Of a DNA stretch of 64,000 nucleotides, positions 19,668-28,926 are shown one piece after another. The notes beneath the pieces were generated by a model. The model was not told where the DNA came from, searched no databases, and worked only from the letters and a program-made list of their open reading frames with translations. A program made the position numbers and the translations under genes. Source of the stretch: Gammaproteobacteria bacterium (GTDB taxonomy: Bacteria; Pseudomonadota; Gammaproteobacteria; Ga0077536); the NCBI GenBank assembly GCA_963662545.2, contig CAXXLL010000002.1, positions 1,856,001 to 1,920,000 on the forward strand, read 5' to 3'. Position 1 is the first letter of the stretch, and each line of letters opens with the position of its first letter.

Positions 19668-20336
19668 ATGATCAAGGTCATTTCGGTGATTAAGCGCAAG
19701 GCGGACATGGAAGTGGACGCGTTTCAGAAATACTGGTTGAACGTCCACGCCGACATCGTATTGCAGATGCCGGGGATTCGGCGCTATGTTCAGTCGCATA
19801 CACTGATCGCAGGTTACAGGAAAGGCGAACCGGCCGCCGACGGTATCGCCGAGCTATGGCTTGACGACAGCGATGCGCTGCACGCGCTCGCGGGCACAGC
19901 CGAACTGGCGGCCGCGAGCGCCGACCACGCCACATTCATCGCACCGAACAGCCGCCGCCAAATCGTGACCGTGGAGCACGTGATCAAGGACGGCACGATA
20001 CCGGACGGGGCGGTGAAAAACATCGAATTCGTCAAGAAGAAGCCCGGCATGCCGGTCGACGAATTCCAGCGTTACTGGAAGTCGGTACACGGACCGATCG
20101 GCGCAGCCATCGCGCCGATCCGGCGTTATGTTCAGAGCCACACCTTGGTCGCGGCCTATCGGGACAGGCAAGCACCGCCGCTCGACGGTGCGGCTCTGAC
20201 CTGGTTTGACGACACCGATGGCATGCGCGCTGCGGCGCGCTCCGCCGAATATGCGGCAACCCGTGCTGACGAGGACAATTTCGTGAGTGCGTCACTGGAA
20301 TTCATCATCACGCGTGAACACGTCATCGTGGCTTGA
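19668..20336 (+). CDS. EthD-family protein with two tandem EthD domains
   Basis: Repeated K.GM..DEFQ.YW..VH...IRRYVQSH...DG.A..W motif. Confidence 0.88.
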   Translation: MIKVISVIKRKADMEVDAFQKYWLNVHADIVLQMPGIRRYVQSHTLIAGYRKGEPAADGIAELWLDDSDALHALAGTAELAAASADHATFIAPNSRRQIVTVEHVIKDGTIPDGAVKNIEFVKKKPGMPVDEFQRYWKSVHGPIGAAIAPIRRYVQSHTLVAAYRDRQAPPLDGAALTWFDDTDGMRAAARSAEYAATRADEDNFVSASLEFIITREHVIVA

Positions 20337-21174
20337 GCGCCGACGGGGCATTCGACAGAAATTCGAGTATCTCGGTATTCAAACCCGGCCATTGGCGATG
20401 GGTGCCGTCGGTTTCGCAGAATCGGGTGCGCCCGCCGACCGGACAACCCTCGTAATCGAAACAGCGCCCATCGGGTGGGCGCGTAGCGGCCCCGCAACGA
20501 TTGCACGTGGCGAACCAGGCCGCAAGCTCGGCGGCATAGCCGGGAAAGAGTGCGTCATGCGTTTGCTGCGTGATCATCACCGATAGCGGAGCGGGGCAGT
20601 CGTACTGCGCCAGATCGATCTGCCGGATCCCCGGTGCACTAATAGCGATTGCGCCCGGTAAGAGATCAATGTTGCCAAGGAAAACAATCGCGGCGGACGT
20701 CGTTGCACCGTCTGAATGCCCCGTCAGGTAAATGCGGTCATGGTCGATACACCAGTCCTTTTCGATGATGCCCGGTATCTCGGCAAGTACACGGATCATT
20801 CGCGGGGACAGCGGCCGGCTTTCGACATAAGCGACGACGATTCCCCGCCCGGTCGCCTCGCGGGTCAAACCGGTGAAGCGTTCGCTGCCCGCCGCGCCGT
20901 GGGTAGCAGCCGCGTAGACGACGAGCAGGGGGTGCGCCCGGGTCGCATCATAGTTCGAAGGCGTTCGCAGGTTGAAGCGGATTCCGTCGATCGCTTGCGC
21001 GCCGTTTACCCGGCCCGCGGATCCGCTGCGTTCACCTTGGGAGCAATCGACGCGATCGGATCTCCCGTAATCGTAACTGCCGAGGTCAAGCGTGGCGGCG
21101 GAATCCGGGTTGGGCGAACAACCGCCCGCAGATATTGCCGCGGCGCACAGAACGGCAAGCCCGTGGAGAGTCAC
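20323..21174 (-). CDS. Lipoprotein alpha/beta-hydrolase (PHB depolymerase/LpqC-like esterase)
   Basis: Lipobox-like SAGGC; CIDHDRIYLTGHSDGA nucleophile elbow; C-terminal GTHRQWP; GTG 21174 follows the SDR stop. Confidence 0.78.
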   Translation of the reverse strand: MTLHGLAVLCAAAISAGGCSPNPDSAATLDLGSYDYGRSDRVDCSQGERSGSAGRVNGAQAIDGIRFNLRTPSNYDATRAHPLLVVYAAATHGAAGSERFTGLTREATGRGIVVAYVESRPLSPRMIRVLAEIPGIIEKDWCIDHDRIYLTGHSDGATTSAAIVFLGNIDLLPGAIAISAPGIRQIDLAQYDCPAPLSVMITQQTHDALFPGYAAELAAWFATCNRCGAATRPPDGRCFDYEGCPVGGRTRFCETDGTHRQWPGLNTEILEFLSNAPSALKPR

Positions 21175-21178
21175 CGGC

Positions 21179-21922
21179 TTACCAAGATTCTCCGAAGGGT
21201 CGCAAGTCGAGTTCGAACGTCCAGGCATCGCGCGTCTGCTGATGCAGCGACCAGTAAGCGCAGGCCACGGATTCCGGATCCATGAGCGTGTGTTCTGGCA
21301 GCGTGTCGGGATCGATGCCGCGGTGTTCCCGGATCCGATCGCGTACCCACTCGGTATCGACGCCCGCGTCGATGATCAAGTGCGCGACGTGGATACCCTG
21401 TGGGCCCAGTTCGCGCGCCATCGACTGCGCGAGCGCGCGCAGCGCGAATTTCCCCGAGGCAAATGCACTGTAGCCATTCCCACCGCGAAGACTCGCAGTC
21501 GCGCCGGTAAAGAATATCGACCCGGCGCCCCTGGGCACCATGTGTTTCGCGGCCTCACGTCCCGTTAGAAAGCCCGCGAAGCAGCACAGTTCCCATACCT
21601 TGCGGAAGACACGCGCGGTCGTTTCGGCCAAGGGAAAATTCACATTTCCGCCAATGTTGAAAATGACCGCTTCTAGCGCCCCAATCTCTGCTTCAATGTG
21701 GGCGAATCGGTCCACCACCAGATCTTCGTCGCGCGCATCGAAACGTAAGGGATGAACGCTACCACCCGCGTTGCGGATGGTCTCAACCAGGGGTGCGAGT
21801 TTCTCTTCGTTCCGCCGTCCTACACAGACCGGGTGTCCTGCCGACGCAAACCGACGTGCAATTGCCGATCCAATGTAATCACCCGCACCGACGACGAAGA
21901 CCACGCCTTTCTCTTTTTCCAT
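21179..21922 (-). CDS. SDR family oxidoreductase (atypical)
   Basis: VGAGDYIG, TGATASLRG, FASGKFALR, GIHVAHLIID. Confidence 0.9.
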   Translation of the reverse strand: MEKEKGVVFVVGAGDYIGSAIARRFASAGHPVCVGRRNEEKLAPLVETIRNAGGSVHPLRFDARDEDLVVDRFAHIEAEIGALEAVIFNIGGNVNFPLAETTARVFRKVWELCCFAGFLTGREAAKHMVPRGAGSIFFTGATASLRGGNGYSAFASGKFALRALAQSMARELGPQGIHVAHLIIDAGVDTEWVRDRIREHRGIDPDTLPEHTLMDPESVACAYWSLHQQTRDAWTFELDLRPFGESW

Positions 21923-21923
21923 A

Positions 21924-22757
21924 CTATCGACCTTCGAACTTCGGCTCTCGCTTCTCCAGAAATGCCTCGATGGCGCGCAGATGATCGTCGGTTTGCGTGC
22001 AACGCATCAGGCGATCGGCCTCCAGATCCAGACAGGTCGTCAGATCGGCAACCGTCGCACGGTTGAAATTTTCCTTCATGTAGCGAAGCGCGATCGGCGG
22101 CCCTTGGGCGATCGATCGCGCCAGCTCGCGCGTACGCCGCACGAGATCTTCGTCCGCGACGACTTCGTTCACGATGCCGAGCTTGAGACATTCGGCAGCG
22201 CCAACCCGCCTCGAGGTGAAATAGATCTCCTTGGCGCGCGCCGGTCCGACGAGTTGGGTGAGAAACCAACTCCCACCGTAGTCGCCGGATAAGCCGATGC
22301 GGCCGAACGCGGCGGTCACGAACGCGCTCGCCGCCGCAATGCGCAGATCACAGGCGAGAGCGATGCTGAATCCCGCGCCGGCCGCAGGGCCGGGTAACGA
22401 TGCGATCGTCGGTTTCGCGTGTTGATACAGACGCAGGGTCAAGGTCTTTTGCTTGTGCTGCAACGCGCGAATTTGCGCTTCGATCGGCGGACAGCTGGTG
22501 TCCTCGTTCTCGCCCCAGGTATCACGCATCGAACCGACGTCGCCGCCGGCACAGAATGCAGTTCCGGCGCCGGTGAGAACGACACAGCGTACGGCGTCGT
22601 CCGTTTCGAGGGCCAGCAGTATTTTACGCAGCGCGGGCGTCAATTCGTTCGATAGCGCATTGCGCTTTGCGGGTCTGTTGAAGGTAACGGTCGCAACGCT
22701 CTCGTCGATTTCGCACAAGAGTTGATCGGTGCCAGTGTCGATCGTTTGACTGCCCAT
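21924..22757 (-). CDS. Enoyl-CoA hydratase/isomerase
   Basis: FCAGGD, AAGAGFSIALACDLR, AFLEKREPKFEGR. Confidence 0.93.
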   Translation of the reverse strand: MGSQTIDTGTDQLLCEIDESVATVTFNRPAKRNALSNELTPALRKILLALETDDAVRCVVLTGAGTAFCAGGDVGSMRDTWGENEDTSCPPIEAQIRALQHKQKTLTLRLYQHAKPTIASLPGPAAGAGFSIALACDLRIAAASAFVTAAFGRIGLSGDYGGSWFLTQLVGPARAKEIYFTSRRVGAAECLKLGIVNEVVADEDLVRRTRELARSIAQGPPIALRYMKENFNRATVADLTTCLDLEADRLMRCTQTDDHLRAIEAFLEKREPKFEGR

Positions 22758-22777
22758 GGAATTACGCCTTCAAGAAC

Positions 22778-22801
22778 AAAAGCCGGGCTTTGAGCCCGGC
22801 T
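22778..22801 (-). terminator. Rho-independent terminator after the LLM gene
   Basis: Minus strand AGCCGGGCT-caa-AGCCCGGCT followed by TTT. Confidence 0.7.
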
Positions 22802-22835
22802 GAATACCTAGTCGCGATACAACTCCTAAATCGTT

Positions 22836-23912
22836 TCAACAAAGTGGTATGACCTGCTCCGCAAAATCCTTCGCGACCTCACGCGCGTGTGCGAGCGGCG
22901 GCAACAGGCTGACTTCGCCCAGCCCGTGATTCGCAGCGGTCTGGATCTTCTCCGCGATCTCGGACGGCCCGCCAACGAGTGAGGTGCCCTCGATCATTCC
23001 CGGCGTAACGAATTTCTTCTCGTTCTTGGTGTAATAGCTGCAATGTCCCTCGTGCAGGATCTGATGCCATTTCTCCTCGGGCAACGGGAAGCCTTTTACA
23101 TGATCGGAGTACTCTTCCCAAATTCCTTTCATGTACTCGGGTACGACAGCATCGTCATTGGTGTAGCGCCATATCTCAAAGACGAAATGAAGTGCCGTGA
23201 CTACCCACGATCCAGCGCGCTCTATCACTGCGTCATCCGTCAATTTTTCCCCGGCACGTAAAATCACGGCGTTGGTAAGGGTCGTCGTGTGATATCCGTT
23301 CAGCTTGCGACCCGCTTTTTCTGCGCCTTCAGCAACGTATTTCAAGTTGTAGTCGAGGACATCGGGCTGTTCGTTGAACACGGATATCAAACCGTCGCCG
23401 TACATGCCCGCCGATCGCAGTGCGCGCGGTCCGTTCGCCGCGACGTACATGGGGATGTGGTCCTCGATATTGCGAAACCCCGTATCGTGGTCCTGCCACA
23501 CGATCGCCGTGGTCTTGTCGCGGTAGGTGTAGTCCACTTCCTCGCCGTTCAGCATGGCCCTCACCACCCGCAGGTACTCGCGAAATTCCTTGATCGGCAT
23601 CGGGTCGTGGCCCATGACGCGCATGGCCGTGTGGCCCGTGCCAATGCCGAGAAAAATTCTACCCGGGGCGATCGCATTGATGGACGAAATGGAGGCGGCG
23701 GTGGTGGGCGCGATACGCGTACCCGTGATCGCGACGCCGGTACCGATCTTGATCTTGGACGTGTTATGCGCGGCCAGCGCCATGGTGGCGTAGCAGTCTG
23801 ACCACATCATCTGGGTGTCCGGAACCCAGCAGGCATCGTAGCCCAGGTCCTCGAGGTACTTGACGATTTTCCAGTCAGTGATGCGGGTCTGCAGGTGTAG
23901 GCTGAATTTCAT
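22836..23912 (-). CDS. LLM-class (luciferase-like) flavin-dependent oxidoreductase
   Basis: GYDACWVPD, TSKIKIGTGV, GRIFLGIGTG, YVAANGP; GAGG RBS before ATG 23912. Confidence 0.9.
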   Translation of the reverse strand: MKFSLHLQTRITDWKIVKYLEDLGYDACWVPDTQMMWSDCYATMALAAHNTSKIKIGTGVAITGTRIAPTTAASISSINAIAPGRIFLGIGTGHTAMRVMGHDPMPIKEFREYLRVVRAMLNGEEVDYTYRDKTTAIVWQDHDTGFRNIEDHIPMYVAANGPRALRSAGMYGDGLISVFNEQPDVLDYNLKYVAEGAEKAGRKLNGYHTTTLTNAVILRAGEKLTDDAVIERAGSWVVTALHFVFEIWRYTNDDAVVPEYMKGIWEEYSDHVKGFPLPEEKWHQILHEGHCSYYTKNEKKFVTPGMIEGTSLVGGPSEIAEKIQTAANHGLGEVSLLPPLAHAREVAKDFAEQVIPLC

Positions 23913-24023
23913 GAGGGGTTCCTCTCTTATGGTTTTGCTGACTATAGCCAAAGCACACGTGTCTTGTAACCGTTAACGCGCGCCTGCGCACTCGCGGCCA
24001 CTCATATAGCCAGGACTTCAGGT

Positions 24024-25328
24024 CTAACGTCGACGAAAGCTTCGCCCGCCGCCGCTCCGCATCGCGCCCGTATCGAAATCTTCCGGCCCTACATCGTCGA
24101 CGTTGATGACGGTCAGGAGCTGGATCGTGGTGCAGCGGTTCGTTTGCGTATCGATGGTCGAAAACACCGTCAGTACCGGCGCGCCGGTTTCATTGTTTTC
24201 GGCGATGTGTGAATTCGGATGCGCAAAACCGCTGATGATGATTTTCCATAAAGCGCCGTTTTCTTTGTACGCCTTCCAGAGCGGCGCAACGTGGGTTTGT
24301 GCATCCAGGTAGAAAACCCGCCGGGTGACTGGTGCAGAAGGATCGACTGCCTGACCTTCGAGAATAATAACCGGCCGCAATTGCCACTGAATCTTCGGGA
24401 AACAGCCGGCCCTGCCGTGAAAGTCGACGTGCCAGTAATCGTACTTACGGGCTTTGCGATCGGCCGGTTCGATCCGATCGTGGCGGTACATGGGCAACAA
24501 CATGAACGTCGAGCCGAGGTATTGCCATGTCATATCGACGATGCGGCCGGAATAGATCAGAAAATCCGTCGGTAAAATATCGGTTCCGAACATCGATTCT
24601 TCGGTCGAAAACGAGGCGAGTGACTGGGTGCGTTGGAGTTGCGGGATGTAGACCCAGCCGTTGATGTCGCGCGACTCGTCACGGTTCGCGAACACCAGGG
24701 CCTGCGTGCCGTCGTAAGACCCGGCATCGATGGCATCGAGAAGAAACGCCCCGTAGGCATCCTGGGGATTTTTCTTGATGAAGGGGACCGGTTGCTGCAC
24801 ATGGCGATACATGAATCGCATGGTGCGTGCTTCGAACAACATTTCGAAGTCGACCGTGTCCTTGCGCCAGTCCCGCAGCTGCCAGTGCATTTCCGGTATC
24901 TTGCCGCTGTCGCCAGTATAGGCGTAACGCATGTTCCACGCGGTCTTGGTTCCGGCCCTGGGATCGTCGATTTCGAGACGTCCGGGGAAGGGTAGGCCCT
25001 GGGTGAAGTCGACTAACAATCCCGGATTGTCGGAGAGTCGGGGTTGGCCACGGAACTGGCGGGTGGCAAAGACGAAAGCGGGATGCGGCTTGAATGAAAG
25101 GGGCGGGTCGACCTCGATACTCGTAAATCCGCCTTCGACGAACTTCGCGAAGTCGCGATCGAACAGGTGGGCGTAGTGTTCGAAATTCCCCGAATCGATG
25201 ACCGTACCAGGCCGCGGACTGATCTCGTTTAATTCATCTAGGTCGAGGTCGAACTCGGCGGCAAGTCCAAATAAGGGCGCCAACAGGGCGGCTACACATA
25301 ACAGACAGGAGTACGGCGAAACCGTCAC
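24024..25328 (-). CDS. DUF1329-like secreted protein
   Basis: Signal-peptide-like N-terminus; GLPFP, AWNMRY, WVYIPQLQR, WQLRPVIILEG, RRVFYLD motifs; start uncertain. Confidence 0.72.
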   Translation of the reverse strand: MTVSPYSCLLCVAALLAPLFGLAAEFDLDLDELNEISPRPGTVIDSGNFEHYAHLFDRDFAKFVEGGFTSIEVDPPLSFKPHPAFVFATRQFRGQPRLSDNPGLLVDFTQGLPFPGRLEIDDPRAGTKTAWNMRYAYTGDSGKIPEMHWQLRDWRKDTVDFEMLFEARTMRFMYRHVQQPVPFIKKNPQDAYGAFLLDAIDAGSYDGTQALVFANRDESRDINGWVYIPQLQRTQSLASFSTEESMFGTDILPTDFLIYSGRIVDMTWQYLGSTFMLLPMYRHDRIEPADRKARKYDYWHVDFHGRAGCFPKIQWQLRPVIILEGQAVDPSAPVTRRVFYLDAQTHVAPLWKAYKENGALWKIIISGFAHPNSHIAENNETGAPVLTVFSTIDTQTNRCTTIQLLTVINVDDVGPEDFDTGAMRSGGGRSFRRR

Positions 25329-25350
25329 CGAGGTGCACGCCGCGGGTTCA

Positions 25351-26442
25351 TCAGGCGGCCCAGGCAATATTTCCGGTAATCGCCTTTGATTGAAGGCGCG
25401 GCATGACTTCGCCCGCGAAACACGTGAGATTGCGCTCCGCCTCCGCCCACGGCATGCCGGCATAGCTGAATATCCCTACATAGGCTTCCGCGCCGATGCG
25501 CTCGACGTTGCCAACGATAGTGTCGTAGCACTTGTCCGGCGTACCCCAGGTCTGCAGGTTCATGAAATACTCGACGGCCCCGTCGACCCCTGTTTTCGCG
25601 ATACTTTCGGCAAACTTGCCGTAGTATTCGTAGCCCTTTTGATTTTTGAGATGGTCGGTGTCAAAAGCATAGTGATCCAAAACCGACTGCCAGTAACGCC
25701 CGATGTAGCGCTTTGCCTTCTCGTAGGCCCGTTCTTCATCCGGTTCGCAAAATGTCCATCCGGCCACGATCGGGGCCGGTGGATCTTCGCCGTTGATCCG
25801 ACGGTAGCTCTCTTTGTACGTGGCGACTTCCTGCTCCACCTGGTCCCAGGGTTTCTGCGGAACGATGAGCAGGCCGAGCCCGAGGCGCGCCATGATTTCA
25901 ACCGATTCGGGTGACACGGCCGCGGCGTAGGTCCGGCCCTTGAAGGTCTTGAACGGCGCAGGGCGTATAGCGGCCCTGGGCTGCTTGACGAATTCCCCCT
26001 GATATTCGCAATAGCCCGTCTCGAGACCGTCTAGCACGCATTCCGCGCGCTCGATGAAGCGCGGCCTGGAGTCCGCCATGTCCTGGCGAAAGGCATCGAA
26101 CTCGACGCGACCCGCGCCGCGGCCGAAGCCCAGGATGAGGCGGCCGCCGGACAGATGATCGAGCATGGACACCTGCTCGGCGACCCGCAAGGGATCGTGC
26201 CACGGCAGCACCACCACCATGGATCCAAGTTTTACTTTCTGCGTGCGTCCCGCCATATAGGTTAGAAACTGCAGCGGATCCGGACACATCGTGTAGTCGG
26301 TGAAATGGTGTTCGATGGTCCAGACCGATTCGAAACCGAGCGGCTCGGCCATTTCCGCGAGTCGCACGTCGTTGGCGTAGACGTCCTGATCGTTAGTGTG
26401 TTTGTCCGGGTATTGAAAAATCGTGCACATGCCGACGTGCAT
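25351..26442 (-). CDS. LLM-class flavin-dependent oxidoreductase
   Basis: GFESVWTIEHHF, PLRVAEQVSMLDHLSGGRLILGFGRG. Confidence 0.92.
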   Translation of the reverse strand: MHVGMCTIFQYPDKHTNDQDVYANDVRLAEMAEPLGFESVWTIEHHFTDYTMCPDPLQFLTYMAGRTQKVKLGSMVVVLPWHDPLRVAEQVSMLDHLSGGRLILGFGRGAGRVEFDAFRQDMADSRPRFIERAECVLDGLETGYCEYQGEFVKQPRAAIRPAPFKTFKGRTYAAAVSPESVEIMARLGLGLLIVPQKPWDQVEQEVATYKESYRRINGEDPPAPIVAGWTFCEPDEERAYEKAKRYIGRYWQSVLDHYAFDTDHLKNQKGYEYYGKFAESIAKTGVDGAVEYFMNLQTWGTPDKCYDTIVGNVERIGAEAYVGIFSYAGMPWAEAERNLTCFAGEVMPRLQSKAITGNIAWAA

Positions 26443-26528
26443 GGTTTGGACCTCCGCGGAACCGCAAATTTAGTGGCGGCGCACTATAGGCGGAACCGAC
26501 TGCCTTGTCGATTCTGAATCGCCGCGCC

Positions 26529-26936
26529 TCAACTGTCGGCGTGAAAGAAGTTGAGTTCGATGGTGACGCCGTCGGGGTCGTTAATGAACAACTGGCTCAA
26601 GGAAAAGTCGGGGATTTCGCGTCGCTGGAAGTTGAGATTCCGTTCCTCGAAACGCGCTTCGAAACTGTCGATGTCACTGCCTCGAAACGCGATGTGATCG
26701 ACGGGCCCGGTGCCGCCCGTGATTTTGCGTTTCTCGCCGTCCTCGGTATAGCCACCTTCGAATTCCTCGTTGCCGACGTGAACGACCGGACGATCTTCGA
26801 GATAAAACCAGAAGCCGGGAAACCCGAAATCGGGTCGGGGACCCTGTTCCAGTCCGAGGACCTCGCTGTAGAACGCGCGCGTGCGTTCGAGATCCGAAGC
26901 GTAGACGAAGTAGTGGTCGAGTCTATCGAGTGGCAT
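26529..26936 (-). CDS. VOC/glyoxalase family protein
   Basis: LDHYFV...AFYSEVLG...DHIAF...DPDGVTIELN. Confidence 0.9.
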   Translation of the reverse strand: MPLDRLDHYFVYASDLERTRAFYSEVLGLEQGPRPDFGFPGFWFYLEDRPVVHVGNEEFEGGYTEDGEKRKITGGTGPVDHIAFRGSDIDSFEARFEERNLNFQRREIPDFSLSQLFINDPDGVTIELNFFHADS

Positions 26937-27285
26937 GTGCTACTCCTCACTTTCGTGTCGGACCGTTGGTCATTCGGCCCCGCTGCTAAAAGGCGTGACA
27001 GCATATCATTTCTCTATTTGGACGCAGGTTTGAGCCATGACCGCAGGGCTCGGGAAAACGGCTGCCTGCGCTCCTGCGATGGGGTCGCGACCGTTTACAA
27101 AGGTTTAGCTCGGCGTCTGTCGATAAATTCCGCAAGAACCGATGGAAGCAACGACCGAGACGAAACCCAGCGTCGCGCCGAATCCCACCGGCGGACGCCG
27201 CGCCAGGCAATTGGGAAAAAGTCTGCGGGCCATCGCACTCGCCGGGCTGTCGGCCGTGTCGCACTTGGCAGGGTAGACGCCCTCA

Positions 27286-27308
27286 CGTATGCTGCGCTGC
27301 AGTATACG
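27286..27308. promoter_or_regulatory. Candidate PhaR-type operator upstream of phaZ
   Basis: CGTATGCTGC-GCT-GCAGTATACG (9/10 inverted repeat) containing CTGC-N3-GCAG, about 55 nt upstream of phaZ. Confidence 0.55.
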
Positions 27309-27362
27309 AGGCCGTTTTCGGCTAGTGGCCGCGCAAGCAGTTCAAAAAAAAGAGGGATTCGA

Positions 27363-28592
27363 TTGCTATATCAATTGTATGAATTAACCCATGCGGCGGT
27401 CGCTCCGTGGCGGACAGCGGCCCACCTTGGGCGCCTGATGCTCAATAACCCGGCAAACCCACTGTCTTACACCTATCCAGCAAAAGCGGCCTCGGCAACG
27501 CTCGAGGTTTTCGAGGGGTTGACGCGGCAATACGGCAAACCCGAATTCGGCATCGAAACCATTAACGTCAACGGCGCCCGCGTTGCCATCGACGAAGTCG
27601 AGGTGATGAAACGCCCCTTCTGCCGGCTTAAGCGATTCCGACGGGCCGACCTCCAACTGAAAAAACGCCCCGTACCGAAGCTCCTCATCGTCGCGCCGCT
27701 TTCCGGTCACTACGCTACGCTCTTGCACGGCACCGTGAAGGCGATGCTCGAGTATTGCGACGTCACCATCACGGACTGGACAGATGCACGTGAGGTGCCG
27801 CTGCACGAAGGCGCGTTCGACCTCGACGATTACATTGATTACGTGCTCGACTTCATGCGCCGTCTCGGACCCGATTTACACGTGCTCGCAGTCTGCCAAC
27901 CCGGACCCGCGGTGCTGGCAGCGACCGCGTTGCTGGCTGCGGACGACGACCCGATGCAACCGGCAACCGTCACCCTCATGGGCAGCCCGATCGACGCCCG
28001 CAAAAGTCCGACCCAGCCGAACGATCTGGCGGCCAGCAAGTCACTTTCCTGGTTCGAGCGCAACGTCATCATGCAGGTGCCGTTTCCCAATCCCGGCGTC
28101 ATGCGGCGCGTCTATCCGGGTTTCCTGCAGTTGACAGGCTTCATGACCATGAATCTGGACCGGCATCTGAGCGCACACCAGACCCTCTTCCAGAATCTGG
28201 TCGCCGGCGACGGTGATTCAGTCGCCGGACATCACAAGTTCTACGATGAATATCTGGCGGTCATGGATCTCCCCGCCGAATATTATCTCCAGACCCTGCA
28301 CGTCGTGTTTCAGGAATACCAGCTCGCGGAAGGCGCGATGACCCATCGTGGGCGCAAGGTCGACCTCGGACAGATCAAGCACACCGCATTAATGACGGTC
28401 GAAGGGGAGAACGACGACATTTCAGGCATCGGCCAAACCCAGGCGGCTCACGATCTCTGCATCAATATCCCCGATCACATGCGCGTCGATTACATCCAGC
28501 CGGATGTCGGCCACTATGGCGTGTTCAATGGCTCGCGGTGGCGCGCTGAGATCGCTCCGCGGATCCGGGATTTCATTTGCTCCTTCGCTTGA
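27363..28592 (+). CDS. phaZ: Intracellular polyhydroxyalkanoate depolymerase
   Basis: (M)LYQLYE start at TTG 27363 with GAGGG RBS; VAPLSGHYATLL, AVCQP, EGENDDISGIGQT, GHYGVFNG. Confidence 0.93.
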   Translation: MLYQLYELTHAAVAPWRTAAHLGRLMLNNPANPLSYTYPAKAASATLEVFEGLTRQYGKPEFGIETINVNGARVAIDEVEVMKRPFCRLKRFRRADLQLKKRPVPKLLIVAPLSGHYATLLHGTVKAMLEYCDVTITDWTDAREVPLHEGAFDLDDYIDYVLDFMRRLGPDLHVLAVCQPGPAVLAATALLAADDDPMQPATVTLMGSPIDARKSPTQPNDLAASKSLSWFERNVIMQVPFPNPGVMRRVYPGFLQLTGFMTMNLDRHLSAHQTLFQNLVAGDGDSVAGHHKFYDEYLAVMDLPAEYYLQTLHVVFQEYQLAEGAMTHRGRKVDLGQIKHTALMTVEGENDDISGIGQTQAAHDLCINIPDHMRVDYIQPDVGHYGVFNGSRWRAEIAPRIRDFICSFA

Positions 28593-28844
28593 GAAACAAC
28601 TTCCAGTGGATGCAAATGCTTCTCGTTAAAAAAACGTTTCCGCGGAAACGCGCGTAGCAACGAGCTCAGCCACCCGTTCTAAATCTTGCGTTTTACCGCG
28701 TCCAAGTCGAAACACAATACCCCTCCAGGCCATCCATACCGTCAATTCCTCCGTCGAGTTTGTGCGCGAATTCGTGCTGCATAACCTTGCCGCCGAATGA
28801 AAGGACGTTGAAATCGCTCCCCAAACGGAGAATAAGCCGTGCAT

Positions 28845-28919
28845 TCTCCGCAATACGTGCGGAGATTCTGTTGCCTGTGCGGAAGATATCGACCATAATA
28901 TCCGCAGAATATGCGGAGA
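28845..28919. promoter_or_regulatory. Tandem palindromic operators upstream of the Fic gene
   Basis: TCTCCGCA-N5-TGCGGAGA (28845-28865) and TATCCGCA-N5-TGCGGAGA (28899-28919); the second overlaps the GGAG RBS. Confidence 0.7.
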
Positions 28920-28926
28920 ATATCTG

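Noticed and set aside
19254-19799. N-terminal extension of ORF 18609..19799 and + strand ORF 19297..19671
   Set aside because: The extension overlaps the EthD gene in antisense; both have Arg-rich, non-protein-like composition and no motifs.
26505-27362. 695-aa version of phaZ with a long N-terminal extension
   Set aside because: The extension is the antisense shadow of the VOC gene plus intergenic DNA; the typical MLYQLYE start and RBS are at 27363.
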